Below are positions 50,149 to 63,727 of a stretch of 64,000 nucleotides of DNA, in pieces. Made by a program: the position numbers and the translations under genes. The DNA is from Prorocentrum cordatum. Its lineage: Eukaryota. Position 1 is the first letter of the stretch. Every line of letters starts with the position of its first letter. The stretch lies in NCBI GenBank assembly GCA_963575745.1, contig CAUYUJ010000259.1, positions 558,001 to 622,000 of the forward strand, read 5' to 3'. The notes under the pieces are model-generated. The model saw only the letters and a list, made by a program, of their open reading frames with translations, was not told the origin of the DNA and ran no database searches.

Positions 50149-51010
50149 GGCATGCCGAACATTGGAAATTCGCGTTCTGCGAACGCCGCGTCTGGGACCT
50201 ATTCGGCACGCAGTGTTGCTCCATCGACGCGGATGCAGCGTCCGAGGGCGTCATCAGTGCGGCGTGTGTGCGCTGGCGCAGCAGGCGGATCTGATGGGCG
50301 CATCTCTCGGTGACCTTCCTGTAGATACAAGCGAACAAGTTCCAGGAGTGAGAGCGGTGCGCGATGGGTTGTTTCAGCGCGGTCGCACGAATGATTTTAG
50401 GGGCGCTCGCCAGTGCGACGCCAGCGAGCTGTGGAGCGCATTAGTTGATGCTGTCTGTGCTGCGGATTCGAGTACGTGGACGGGTAGGGGAATCTTTGCG
50501 CAGCACTAGACGGGTCCATACCTGGGAGACGCAATCCGTCAAAGACGGTTCTGCGGCGTTTGCGGTTGGGTTTCGGCTGTGCACAGACGAGAGCGATCCA
50601 TGATCATCCAAGTGTGTGAATATACGGATATGTTGGGTCCAGTTGGTTTTGATCATCTGTTGGCGTTGGAATCCACGCGAGCTCAGCGCGGTTTGCCATG
50701 CCCACGTCGACCCGCCTTGCAAGACGGAAGGGTGTGGCACGGGTGCCAGGGCCCGTCGCAAATTCACGACGTGCCATCGGAGACGCCTGCAATATTCCTC
50801 GTTGCGGTCCTGAGCAGAAGAATGGCGGACGGAACGACTAAAGTGAATTCCCGCGTACGCGTGCCAAGGGCGTTCGAGTGGCCAGGGGCGTCGGGCTGGA
50901 CATGCCGGTTCCAGGGCGCGATTTGCCATCTGGAGCTACCAGCGCATTACGTCGCCTACTTCGTCTGCCTTGGCGTCGGTGTCGCAAGGTTCGACGACGA
51001 CGTAGTTGCG
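50149..51010 (+). pseudogene. Ubiquitin-specific protease (USP/peptidase C19)-like domain within the Helitron
   Basis: Cys box GMPNIGNS(R)..NA, Gln box QCDASEL, P..LV..R..K...V.VP, His box GAICH..HYVAY..RFDD.VV. Confidence 0.72.
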
Positions 51011-52389
51011 CGAATTGAGTTCCAGGATTTTGCAGAGCGTCCGAAGAACCAGGGGGGCTTTTCCCTTGTGGTGTTTTCAAGGCACCGAACGGAAGCAGTC
51101 GCGCCGACAGATGCCGCCAATGCAACAGCGTCGCCATCTGAGGGGCCGTTGTCGTTGCGCGACAGACCCGCAATATCGTCAGCAACGGCCGACACGAGAA
51201 AAGCTACGCACGAGCTGGGTGCAGCGAACCGTGGACATGCAGAATCCGTGGACCACGACGGCGCTGCCAAAACGTCGCTGGAAAGCGAGGTTGCTTTGGG
51301 CCGCGTCGATGGAGAGGCGACGTCAACGCGCGCGCCATCGAGGGCGGGTGATGGCGTGAACGATGCGTCTCCGTTTTGCACGGCGCCCCCGTCGGCGACC
51401 GTCAGCCAGAGGGGGGCGCAGGTTCCACAGAGGTTGCGCGGGCGAAGCGAACGAGGCGCCTGGGGAAGCAGAACGAAACGTTCTGCGAGCCGTAGAGAAC
51501 GAGCGCGAAAGAGCCTACGCAGTGTTCGCCCATGACATGTGGCCTTTCGCGCAGAAACGAGCCCGAGGCAGGCGCTGGGGCGACCGCGGGCGCATCAACA
51601 GCCGATAACAATGACAAGCCAGTTAAGGATGGCGCCGCAGTGGGCGCAGTCCCAGAGGTGGATGCGACGCAAGAGGTTTTTTTTTGTTTTCCCCTATGCG
51701 CGCGTCCACTCAGCGCCGACTGATCCCCGACGGGCACGGGAAGAGGCGGTGGCAACGGCAGCGAAGCCGTTGCGGGAGATCCCCACTGTGCCCGCGGATC
51801 CAGAGAATCCCAATGAACCGCGGGAGGCCGCTTTGGACGAAAACGACGCGGTTGAACTGCCACCAACTCACTGTGCTTTCCGAGGTTGCCCTTGGACTGG
51901 CGTAGACGAGTCTGAGCTTCTCAACCATGTTTGCGTAGCACGCGGAGATGTCGCGCAGCCGATCGCGGACATGTATTCGCCCGCGCCTTTCGCTGCAGAA
52001 GCGAGTACTCACTGCTTACAGTGAAGTCGTCGCGTACGCAGTGCGGCTAGGAGCTCCAGAACCGTCGCATGCGACTCGCAGGAGAAGTCTGGAAGCGCAC
52101 GCAGAAACAGTGACACAGGAGAAGGAAGCATCGCCGATATGTTTCATGCGCGGCTGTTCGTTTCCGCGGGTGTCGGGACGGAAAATAGTGATATTTCGCG
52201 GGGGCGAGTGTTTGAGAGCGACGCGCGGGATGGAGGTGGACTGACGCACATGGGAGCGTGGTCTATGTGGGAGGTGTTGCAGGAGTTGAGCCTCGCGGCA
52301 TATCTGAGCAGGTACAGGTATGAGGAAGGGAACGATAAACTCGATCTCCAGAAGCACATGGAGGAGTTTGACGACTGGACGGTGCGTGT

Positions 52390-55300
52390 ATGGCGCGCGT
52401 CGTCTACTGGAGTGCCCCGGGGCTTCCTGGAGTTGATATGTTGTCCAGAGGACCTGGGTGCACTGCAGGATGTCGGGCAAAGAGAGAAGTCTGTGCTCAA
52501 TGCGAGGTTCCGTTATGTCGGGGGTGCTTCGAAGGTGTAGATACTCCGAAACGGGCGCGGAGCGAAACGTCCCACGTGATGGTTCCGGTGATGCCCGCGC
52601 GATGCTTCGCGAACGATTTGATGTCGTCTTACGGTCCGAACAGCATGTACGACGAGGGGGTGACCATCATGGAGATGATTTGTTGCAGTCCGAGCATAAC
52701 TGCCATGATCTGTTTCACGTTGGAGGTGAAGTACCAGAACTTATTTGATTCCGTAGCTGGAATGCAGGAGACGCGAGTCGCGGCTCGGGGGAATGCAACC
52801 TCGTTCGCCCTCCCATGGCAGGGCATCTTGTCAGAGCTTCTCCGAAGGGTCGCGTCTGGAGAGCACGCGGGTGGTGCGCCTGTGCCGCGCGTGGGCCACG
52901 ATCTCTCCCACGTTGTTCAAATTCTGTTGAAGGTGAGTGACGCGACGTCAAAGGACAACTTGCCGACGTTCATCCATCAAGCCACCGCGCGGCGGGACGT
53001 GGTGAAGCACCACGTCAAGAATATGATCGCTAACGGGCACAGGGCGCATATGCACGTGGACGCTGCAGTGGTAGATGGTCGCGCCGAGCAACTACCAGAG
53101 AAAGGCGTCCCGCCCGAACTAGTGCGGTTGCTTCCGTATGACTATCATTTGGATAAGATCATGGTGCAAAAGAATGTGGCGCCGTCGGATGCGAAGCAGG
53201 CGACGGTGCAAGACGCTTGCGACGACATGGATCGAATAATTCCGAACATGGTGGTCGTGAAGAGGTCATCGTTCAACGAGGTATGTGAAAACGCTATGAC
53301 GGAAGCAGCTTTGCAGCACATGACGCGCGGCGTAAATGAAGGAGGCACGGACGGGCATGGTGGTGGTTGCGCAACTTCGCGCGCAGAAGAATTTGCGAGC
53401 GTTCAGTTCGCGTACGAAGCATGGCGGGATCATTTTGTTGCGTTGGCTACACATCTATTGAGCGACCAAGACAATGGCCGCGTACGATGCACATGCAAAG
53501 GAGTGTCGGAAATCGCGAGGCTCGGAGAAGCGTCGCAGCGGCACAACCTGGTGCTGATAGACGTGAACGGACGGGGGACGTGGATGGAAAAGATGCGGTT
53601 GCGCCTCGTGGTGTCTCCCGGCACGGCCATGATGAGTCGTTTTGTTCCGTGGTTCTTCGGCGTTGTTTTTCCTTTCTGCTTCAAGTTTGGGGTAGGCATG
53701 CCTGATATGCCAGAATGGTCCGAAGTGAGCCGAGACCGGCGCGTCGGAGAGGCACCCCGCGTGGAACTTCCGCTCTGGGCGCGAATCATGGCGCGCCGCG
53801 TGGAATCTCAGCTCCGGCGCGACTGGCGCTTCGGTTTCACGATGTCGTCCTTGTTGTGCCAAAGCGCCTTGAACACGTCCCGGAGCATGCGGCTGTTTGC
53901 AGATCATGACCAGAGGGAGGACGAATTGGGTCGCGACTTCACGTATATGGAGGAGGCTGCCATAAGCATAGTAGAGGCACTGCGAGGAACGTACCCAGAT
54001 CCAGGCAATGGACAGCGGCGCGCAGTGAATGGGGACGTGTCGAAGTCGAAATTCGTTACGTCACTATCGGAGACCGCGCAGAGAATGGTGCGACAAGCGC
54101 AGGCCATTAATATGAATCTTGCAGGAACAAATGAGGTACGTACCATTATACGGTTCGATACCCACGCTTGTCGGGTGGCTCGAGGCGCTCCTGTATTTGT
54201 TACGATGACGCCAGATGAGAGGCACAACCTCGTCGTGGCACGGCTGAGTAGGTCGCTCCGAAAGGACCCAGTCAACAGGCATCGGGTGCAGGAGAAACAA
54301 GGCCCGTCGAATGGCGGATTGTTCGGACCCGATTTCACAAGCGCATGCGATGTGCAATTCGAGGACGAGGCGGTGGAGGGCGACGCTGACGATGTGAACA
54401 TGGCGATGCCCATGGATGTTTTGTGCCAAAACGTTGCAGCGGCCAAGATGCGCTTGGAGTGCTTGGCGCGGGGCCCTCTGGCGAGCGTCGACGGCTTTCG
54501 CACCATCGTAGGCCTGGTGTTGGAGCACCTGTTCAGGATTCGGTGGTGTGTACGGTGTCCCGATTGTGAATGCGCGGATCTGGCAGGTAGTAACGCGAAA
54601 TTGGCAGGCGGGTGCGCGGGGCGAGTGGACGGCGTGGACGGCCCAATAGAAGCTCAGAAATCCGCGGGCAGTTTGCACCTGCACGCCTCGCCGTCCCCCG
54701 GACGAGCTTCAGCGTTTGATATTCGGGCACGCAGCATTTCAAAGGCTGGCGTCGCGGCAAGTTTACGCAGATGTGGCGGAATGGCAGAGGCAGAAAGAAG
54801 ACGTCGAAAAAGACTGGCCTGTGTAGAAGGGCACGGAAGAACTCACTCGGCCAGAACAGTACCTGATGCAGACCGATGCGGAGGTGCAGCGAACCCTAGA
54901 GGGGGCCCAAGAGCTCAGCCCAGAGTCTGAGAGGGGGGGCGCTTCGCAATGGTGGTTGCGAAAGTATTTGGGATGTGTGCAGAGGGGCCAGGGATACCGT
55001 TAGAACCACGTACACAAGTGGAGTCATCGGCAGTCAAAATTCGCGTCCTTGCTCCACTGTCAACGCGATGGCGACCCTCTGACATGCAAGAGCTTTTACC
55101 CTCGGACGACATGGCTGGTGGAGAAGACCGTGCTTTTGTGCCCAGGGTTTCTCAAAAACCGCTCCATGCCGTGTGGAGGGCGCAGGGATATGACTGGATG
55201 CCTCCACGGACCACAGAATAACGAGAATCTGAACGGGACATTGCCTGCATTGTTAAGCGGCGGCCTTGGATTGAATTTCAACTCCGATGTGCAGCTCCAG

Positions 55301-55720
55301 TGCAGGTTCCCAATTCTGGAGCAGACGCATGACGGGGACGCGTGCGCAGAGAGGTGTTGGGACGGCGCGGAGGTGAAAGATATCGTGCTCGCGGCACAGC
55401 GCGCGCAGAACGCCCAAGCAGGATATGCGTGCGACTATGGGGCGAAGCGTCTGGCGTCGTCCTTCAACGAGGTGAAAGAATGTAAGAAAGGGCACCATGC
55501 GTTGGCGGAAAAAAGTGAAAGGGCGTAGCGCCTCGTCCGTGGCGCACCGCCACATCACGCGGCTACTCTCGGATATCTACGGAAAAGGGATCGTGGGGTC
55601 CGCGCAAGAGAGTGTGAACCTGCGCGCGTACTCGGATGTGCGAGACGTGACGGCTGCGGAGAGTATTAAGACGCCGAAAACAGCAATGGTCCCTGGGTTT
55701 GACGTGGTGAGGATGGTAGA
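52390..55720 (+). pseudogene. Helitron Rep (HUH endonuclease) region
   Basis: ARGN..SF, GT.E.R, VFVTMTPDE, IEAQKSAGSLHLH (HUH 54676-54684), YACDY.AK (Y2, 55424-55438). Confidence 0.88.
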
Positions 55721-56779
55721 AAAGGAGTGTGGGGTGGCGTCGGAGCGATCGGAACCTGGCAGAGTTCATCTTGAACGCGATGGTAGGCGCGCAAAAAGGC
55801 CGCGCGCAATATCCAAGAATCCAGCATTCCTGTACGGCATGAGACCGTTGGATGCCAAGTGGGCCCCGAGACGGAGAACGAGGAGGATGAATGCCAGTAT
55901 CACGCGGTACTCACGGCGAGCGGGAAGACGAAGGTCCGTGAGGCACGGCAGAGCGGAGTGGAAGAAGCACCGTTATTGGCAGGAATTGATTCTGTCATTC
56001 GCGGCGACGGCTGCGACGCATGGGTAGCGTTCCCTGACGTTGAAGGCATGGAAACGTCACGGCACAAGTGGGTGTTGGTGCTTTCATGGTGCACCACAGC
56101 CGAAGCATCGGCCAGGGGAAGCAGATAGGAACGCCTTCATCTTGATGGCGTATTTTCGATCGTTCACTCTGCAAGACGCAGATTTAGACGGGGTATCGAG
56201 AGTGTCAGAGTGGTGCACTGGCGAGAAGGCGCTTGCGCAAGCCGCACGTGAGTGGTTGGATGGGGGACTTCCTTGCGAAGAGTCGAAGAGGTATGCGCAG
56301 AATTTCATGAGCGTCGTCGACATGCGCCCCGAGGGGGAGGACGCTGGAAGGAAGCACGAGGATGACTTGTTCAGCGACGAAGATGTGGACGTCGACGAGC
56401 TCGACGAGGGTGTCCGGCGGCGCGTGCACGTTGGGGGCACGCGCCTAGAGGGCGATTCTAGGGAAACGACAGGCGCGGTTGCAGAGGCGCGTCGCCTGAG
56501 TGCCGAAGCCATGGCATTATCGACGCGTGTGCGGGGCCGAGAGGCGGGCGGATATGAAAGGAACCAAAGAGGAGCGCGGGCGAGAACAGACGGGCGCGTA
56601 GAGGTGCCAGAGGAAGAGTTGAAGCGACGGGAAGCAGAAGCTCGGGCATCGCAGACAAAGATGAGAGGTAACGGGTTGGAGGGTTGCGAAATTGAGGATG
56701 GGAGAGTGAGACAGGTTCCTGCAGGCGGCGCTGAGGAGTTGCGGCGGTGGAAAGCAGGACTGCGCGGACCTAGCAGCAG

Positions 56780-58450
56780 ACGCGTCGTAGATATGAATGA
56801 GAAACAAAAAGAAGTCGTAGAGAAGGTTATAGACAGGATGATCGTTGAGGGTCAGGAAGACGAGCGTACAATCGGCAGTTCGGAGCCGTTGCTGTGGGCG
56901 CTGCACGGAGGCCCAGGCACAGGGAAGAGTTTTGTGGTAGAGACCTTACGGAAACACGCGTGCGAGAGAGTCACGGGCTGGGAACACGTGCTGGACTTCC
57001 AAGTGGCTGCGTTACAAGCCACGAGCGCGTCCAGTCTGGATGGGCACGCGTTGCACGCCGCGTATGGGGTGTCTCCGCACGGCGCCAGTACGGAAACCAG
57101 TAAGAAGCGCGGAGAGCCGGGTGCCACGAAAGTAGAGGCAGCGAAACGAATTCAGCAGTGGCGTTGGCTCATCATCGACGAAATCAGCATGGTCAGTGCT
57201 AATTTCCTTGCAGAAGTGGGTGCGCACCTGCGGTCTGTGATGTCGGCAGCGAGGCAAGGGAAGGTGGGTGCCGATAAGGTGGACCGTCCGTTTGGAGGTG
57301 TCAATGTGTTATTATGCGGAGATTTCTATCAGTTGGAACCTCCCGGCGGAACTCCATTGAATGCGATTCCGACGTCATGGGCACCGAAGGCGAGGCAGTA
57401 TGCGCCAGGCGCCGAAGAAGATCATGGTCAGTGCACCTGCTGGGGCGAGGGGCCAGGGTCCGTGGCGGGGATGACGGAATTGGTAGAATGCAAGCGTTTG
57501 GAAGAGAAGGACGAGTGGTTCCTGGCAGTACAAAATGAGTTCCGACGGGGAGCCCTGACCGAAAGGACGCACCAGTTTCTGCATGGGAAACCTACAGACG
57601 TTCCAGGGTCTTGGTTGGATAACCAGCCAATGTGTTGTTCGCCAATCTGCCTGCAGAACGTGGAGGCTATCGCAAAGGACAACGAGCTGGAGCGTGATGT
57701 CTTGTAGCCACTAGTGCCGCAGACGAACGGTTCGCACTTCCGCAGTTAATCGAAGCCATGCCACTTATCCGAATCAGGATGTCAAGTGCAAGGTAGCGCG
57801 GCAGCGGGCCGTCGACTCGGCTGCGTGCCAGAAGAAACAGATTTCGTGGGTGCATGCGCGGGATAAGGCAACGCGCGCGACGTACCAGGAAAGGCCGTAC
57901 ACCTCAGCAGACAAAGTGCGGTGGCTCGGATACCACGACAAGGCCTGTGCAGACGTGCCCTGATGGTTACCGCTTGCCGTGGGCATGCCAGTTATACTGA
58001 CGGACCATTTGGACCGATCAGAGAAGCAATTGCTACGAGGGTGTCGCGCGACGATGCATTCATGGGTGGTTGATGCAGAAGAGGAAGACGTGCAGGACGC
58101 GTCGTCGCGAGTCCTGCGCAAGATGCCAAGGCAAATCGCGCTGGACTCTCACGCCGAGAAGTGGACGCTGAAAGGGATGCCGGGACCAGGGCTGTATCCC
58201 ATAGTCCCTCGTGCTCGGACGTGGCATCTGGATTCGTATCGAAAGAAGCCCGTGTTGGGGGTGCGACGGAGACAGTTTATACTTTCGCTTGGGTTGGCGC
58301 GCACGGCGCGCGCAGCGCAAGGGCGAGCACTCGACGCGGCGATGGCGGACTTGGAGGAAGGCAGAAACGTGAGCTGGATGTCGAGCTACGCGGCCATAAC
58401 GCGCGTGAAGAATCGGCAGGGTCTGCTCATATATCGGCCATTTTTTCGAG
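56780..58450 (+). pseudogene. PIF1-family SF1B helicase of the Helitron
   Basis: HGGPGTGKS, LIIDEISMV, PFGGVNVLLCGDFYQLEP, LAVGMPVILT, RRQF..A.T...AQG..LD, Y.AITRV; internal stops at 57705 and 57961. Confidence 0.93.
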
Positions 58451-59090
58451 ACAGCCGCACACGCAAGGATAATTGGAAGGCACGAGGTTGTTGTGACAGA
58501 AGTCGCGGGGGGAAGCGCCGCCGTGGCCCGACGTCGAGGAGAGGTTGATGCCGCGGAAAACATGCGGGAAGTGTCGGAAGTTGAAGGAAAAGGCTGACTT
58601 CAGCACGAATGAGTTCGGCGCGAAGTCGGGCCCGAGCTTCTGCTGCGAGTGCACGGAGATGTTGAAGGGAGCAGGGGAAAAGTGGTGCACGACTTGTGAC
58701 CAATGGGCCGAGATGGCTTCCAGAGTGGCGGGGGCCGAGCCCGAAAGGATCAGAGTGTTCGTGCGGACAAGCAAATGCGACAGGTTCGCAGGGCCAGCAG
58801 CCCGGAGGAAGTCGCGAAAAGTGTCTCAGGGGTGGCAGCAGAATGTACGAGGCAAATTCAAGATCCGTTGCGCTGAATGCTGTGGCTGCGAATTCCCGAA
58901 GGCGGAGGCAGAAATCCCGGCGAACCAGTGCGCGACGAAGGGCGCAGGGGAGAAGCTCTGCAAGAAGTGCGCGGGGAAGAGGAAAGACGGATGGAACAAG
59001 TGGAGTCATTCGCAGAAGGCAGCGGAGTGCATTAATGAAACGAACACTGCTCGAAGAAGCGCGCGCCAGCAACAGCCGCGGAGGCTGAGG

Positions 59091-59720
59091 TGTTCGGCGT
59101 GCCCAAAAGAAGCAGACGGAAGAGGGCGGGAATTCACGGGCGCGGGGCGTCTGACAGCATGCCAAATCAAGCACTATTATCAGACGGGCGCAGGCCATAG
59201 GCCAGTGAAATGCCGCGACTGCGACGCGCATCACAGGCGATTGCGGGCGCGCAGGTGTTCCGCGCGCCCGAAAGAAGCAGATGGGGGAGGCCGAGAGTCC
59301 ACGGACAGGACGCATCTGACAGATAACCACGTGGGGCATTTCTTCGCGACGGGCGCGAGGCATCGCCCAGTTCTGCGCCGCGCGTGCCAGGAAGAACGCA
59401 ATCGGCCGCGAGTGCTGAAGTGCTCCGCGCGCCCGAAAGAAGCAGATGGGAAAGAGCGAGAATTCGCGGACAGGACGCATCTCACAGACAAGCAAGTGAA
59501 GCACTTCTTCGCGAAGGGTTCGGACCATCGCTCGGTGGTGTGCCGAGCGCGCCGGGAAGAACGCAATCCGCCGCGAGCGCTGAAGCGCCCCGCGCGCTCG
59601 AGAGAAGCAGATGGGAAAGAGCGAGAGTTCACTGGCAGGACGCATCTGACAGAAGCAAATGGAGCACTTCTTCGCGAAGGGTTCGGACCATCGCTCGGTG
59701 GTGTGCCGAGCGTGCCACGA
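59091..59720 (+). repeat. 165-bp (55-aa) coding tandem repeat x4, CxxC...CxxC zinc-finger-like
   Basis: Units start at 59091, 59256, 59421 and 59586 (CSAxPKEADG..REF....HLT..Q.KHFF....HR.V.CR.C). Confidence 0.88.
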
Positions 59721-59989
59721 GCAAAGGCATATGGCGAAGAAGTTTGAATGCTCCGCATGCCCCCTGAAAAAATGGACGGATCGAAGACCGCGTTAATTGA
59801 CGGAGGCCATCTGTCGAAAGACCAGAAGAATAAGTATTTCCACCGAGGCAATCTGGCGGTTTGCGCCAAGTGCTATAGGGGCGGGCGCCTCGGAGGGAAC
59901 CGCCGAAACGCCTTGCGGGAGCAGGTGACGAGCACGGCGGGAAGCAACGAAAGCTGCGAGGAATCTGACCGCATGTCGCGCGCGCGCCG

Positions 59990-61730
59990 TCTTCGGGGCT
60001 CTCTTGGGCCGTCCTCGGCGCCTCTGGAGCCGTCTTGGCGCCCTCTTGGGCTGTCGTGGGGCCCTCGGGGAGGCTTCTTGGACCGTCTTGGGGCGTCTTG
60101 GGGGCGTCGGGGGCCGTCTGGAGGCCGTCTTCGGTGTTTTTGATCGCTCTGGGACCTTCTGGGACCATGTGGAGCTCTTTGGGAAGCCACTTGGAGCGCT
60201 CCTGGAGCGCTGTTGGGGCCGATTTCGGAGCCCTCTTGGGCCGTCCTCGGCGCCTCTTGAGCGCTTGGCGCCCTCTTGGGCTGTCGTGGGTCTTTTTGGT
60301 TGTTTCTTGGACCGTCTTGGCGCGGGCTTGGAGGGCTCCGGGGCCGTCCAGGAACGGGGGGCACCCCAAAAGGCGCACGCGCGAAGCAATTTACGTTTTA
60401 CGAGAGGAACGGGCGATTTTGTGCGTCTAGAGGCCCTCTTGTGGCGCCTCGTGGATGTCTCTTGGGGCGTCTTGGGGGCCGTCTGGAGGCCGTCGTCGGT
60501 GTTTTGGATCGCTCTTGAACCGTCGGGGACCATGTGGAGCTCTCTGCGAGGCCACTCGGAGCGCTCCTGGAGCGTTCTTGGAGCCGTTTTCGGAGCCCTC
60601 TTGGGCCGTCTTGGACGCCTGTTGGCCCGTCTTGGGGCCCTCTAGGGCTACGTGGGGAACCCTCTTGGAGGCTTCTTGGGCCGTCTGGGAGCGGGTTTGG
60701 GGGGCTCTGGGGCCGACTGGGAGCGGGGGACACACCAAAAACGCACGTTTGAACCAATATACGTTTTACGAAGGGAAAGTGCGATTTTTTGCGTCTAGAG
60801 GCCCTCCTGGGGCGAATCTTGGAGGCCTCTTGGGGCGTCTTCGGGGCCTCTGGAGCCGACTGGAGGACGTCGTCGATGTTTTTGATCGCTCTTGGACCGT
60901 CTGGGACCATGTGGAGGTCTCTTGGAGGGCACCTGGAGCGGTCCTGGAACGCTCTTTGGGCCGTTTCGGAGCCCTCTTGGGCCGTCTTGGACGCCTGTTG
61001 GCCCGATCTGGGGCCCTCCGAGGGTATGTGGGGGACCCTCTTGGAGGCTTATTGGGCCGTCTGGGAGCGGGCTTGGGGGCCTCTTGGGCCGTCTGGGAGC
61101 ATCGGAGAACCCAGAAGCCGAACTTGTGAAAAATGTACGCTTCATGAAGGGAATGAGCTAATTTTTGCGTCGAGGGACCCTCTTGGAAGGCATCTCGGAG
61201 GCCTCTGGGGGACTCGTGGCGACCTCGTGTGCCGCCGAGGAGGCCTCGTAGCCCGTCATTGGGACACCTTCGGCGTCTTGGCGAGCTCGTTGGGCGCCCC
61301 GGAGCCATTTCGAGGCCACCAAGGGAGTCCCTGCACGATTTTCACGAGGTTTTGCACGATTTTCGGGAGCGGATGGCACCTCCGGGGGACTCCGGGGCCG
61401 TCCGGCGGATTCGGCCCGACCCCCCCCCCCCCTCCAAATCGACCGGACCGGGCTCCCGGGGGAAGGGTTTGGGGAGGGGGAACATCTCACACGCCGATGA
61501 ACCCCAAGGGGTCGGCGGATCTTGGTATTGTCGCCGGGGCCTCTTGGAGCGGAGCGTCTTTGGTGCCTATGGGGGGCCTCTTGGGGTCCCTTGGGGGTCT
61601 CATGGGACCCTCCTGGGGGCATCCTGGGAGCCTCTTGGGGGCCTCTTGGGGCCTCTTGGCCACCTCTTGGGGCCCCGCCTTGGGAGCGTTCGTGGGGCCG
61701 TCTCGGAGGAGATCGATCAAAGAAGGGGGG
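59990..61730. repeat. GGGCCTCTTGG satellite-like repeat with ~360-bp higher-order units
   Basis: ttttgatcgctct..gaccatgtggag recurs at ~60140, ~60500 and ~60880. Confidence 0.88.
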
Positions 61731-63727
61731 TCTTAATTTGCGCCGCCCCCCCAAGAGGCCACAATGGTGCCACAACCCTTGTAAAACCCTCGCCGAGGCC
61801 GTTTTGGACGCCCTGACCGCTCGCGGAACTCCCCGTCCAGTTCCAGGGGAGGGGGGAGGGGGAGGGGTAAACACCTCCCCGAAGGGGAAGAAGGGGGGTG
61901 GAAGAGGAAACACCCTAAACCACCTACGCCCTAAAGGGCTGGTGGGCTCGTGTGTAAACCAACCCACGACCAGGACCCTCGCCCACTCCCCAGGTCTTCT
62001 CGGTGTAACTACCTAATACGACCACCCTTCGGGTGATAAGCTGTTTCGGGGTGGGTGGTGGGAAGGGACCAACTGCTGGCAAACGCGATGGTTGTGATCA
62101 TGATGATGTTGGTGACGTGCCCTCGAGTTAGCGACGACGCGTGATGTCGACGTTGCGCTGCGATGCAATGTCACTATCGTCCTCGCGTTCGATCTCACTC
62201 GATCGATCCCACTATCGACCTCACCGCCAGTCTTTGTACCAATGGATATTGCGATCGATCCCATGAGCGATCTCACACTGAAGGGCGCTGAGTACGATGA
62301 GGACACCATCGGGACACCAACGAGCCGATTCAGTGCCACCGTCACCGCGCTGTCATGTGATAGATGCTTGCTGACCGTGGTGGTTGACTGCTGATGGCGA
62401 TGTGATGGTTCTTCTGCACGCGTGCAATCGTCTCCGAGTGCACTGCGCGCCAGTAGCCAGGGCGCTCCGTGAGCCTAGCTCTAAGCGTTCCGCTTGCTCC
62501 TGCGCGCTCCCGGCGCTCGCTCGCCCGGCTCGTGGCTGGGTTGCCCAGAGCATCTGAAGAGTTGCCGGCCCGACACAACGCAGCTTGGGGCGAGCTCCAC
62601 GAACACCGATCTGAAGCCAGCGGAATGGTGGAAGCGCTGCTCCAACTGGCGCGACCCCCCCCACATACTCGACATCACTGGAAGAGCCCAGCGGCAGGCC
62701 GCTGGCAGAGAGTCTGGCGGCGAGGGGGGTGCTGGCGAAGAGGCGCGCGCTTCCCGCGGCACCCGCAGATCTGGCGAGGATGCAGAAGAAAGCATCATGC
62801 GTCTGTCGCCAAGCGCGTTCCACTAGTCGCAAAGTTACTACTCGCAAGCGTCCGGAAAAAACATAAGCCTGCCTGTGTGCAATTCGTCGTACATCCCCTG
62901 AGGCGGATCCAGGCCATTTGCGAGTAGCTACTTGGCGAGTGGTGGAGCGCGCTTGTCTAGTCTGGCTTGGTTGGGCAGCAAAACTGCGGGAGCAGTGGTC
63001 GCTGTGGTCGCGATGTTGGTCGCACTGGCCGCGGTGGTTGCATTTCGCGATGAGCGGTGGCCAGGCCGAGGACGCAGACAACCCTCTGAACCGATCCCAC
63101 AGTCGATGGTGAGGTCGATCCCACTGTTAGACCTCACCATGGGTCCCCGAACACTGATATTTCAGGGTCGATGGCACTCAATCGAGAACACCCGACCCCA
63201 CCATCGATCCCAATATAGATCTCACTGTAGATCTCGGTATCGATCTCATGATCTATATCAGTATCGGCTTTGCGATCGATTCAACGATCGACCTCACTAT
63301 CATTGTCACAATTGATTTCACAATCAATGTCACAATCAACCTCGCTCTCGATAACACTTTGGGTCTCACTATCCATCCCATTCTCACCGTCTCGTTATCG
63401 ATCTCACTGTCGATTTCACTCTCGATACCGAGGTGGAAACTCCCGGCCACCGCCGTCCGCTGCCGACAGAACACCGACGGGACACCAACGGGACACCAAC
63501 GGGGCAACAATGGGACACCACAGGACACCACGGCGAGACACCTTGGGTCACCGCGTGCCCACCGGGGGCGCAGGGGCCCGCCATTGCATCTGGACCGCCC
63601 TACCGATGGCGTGGTCATTCCTCCCGCGCGCCCACGCAGCGTTGCCCCTGGCGCACGACACGAAAACGAAAACGAGCCCGACTTCCCGGTGTGGGGCTCC
63701 GCGATCTCACCCCCCAAGCTCCAATAC

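Larger units (their letters stand above)
48120..59990 (+). mobile_element. Degenerate Helitron (rolling-circle transposon); boundaries approximate
   Basis: Rep and PIF1 motifs in order across frameshifted ORFs; non-repetitive coding-like DNA flanked by simple repeats. Confidence 0.88.

Noticed and set aside
59629..62016. Many overlapping Leu/Gly/Pro/Arg-rich ORFs (also at 40.2-44 kb)
   Set aside because: Products of the stop-poor GGGCCTCTTGG repeat.
62341..63090. Possible further exons or a Helitron 3' terminus
   Set aside because: No recognisable motif, consistent frame, or CTRR-plus-hairpin end could be supported.
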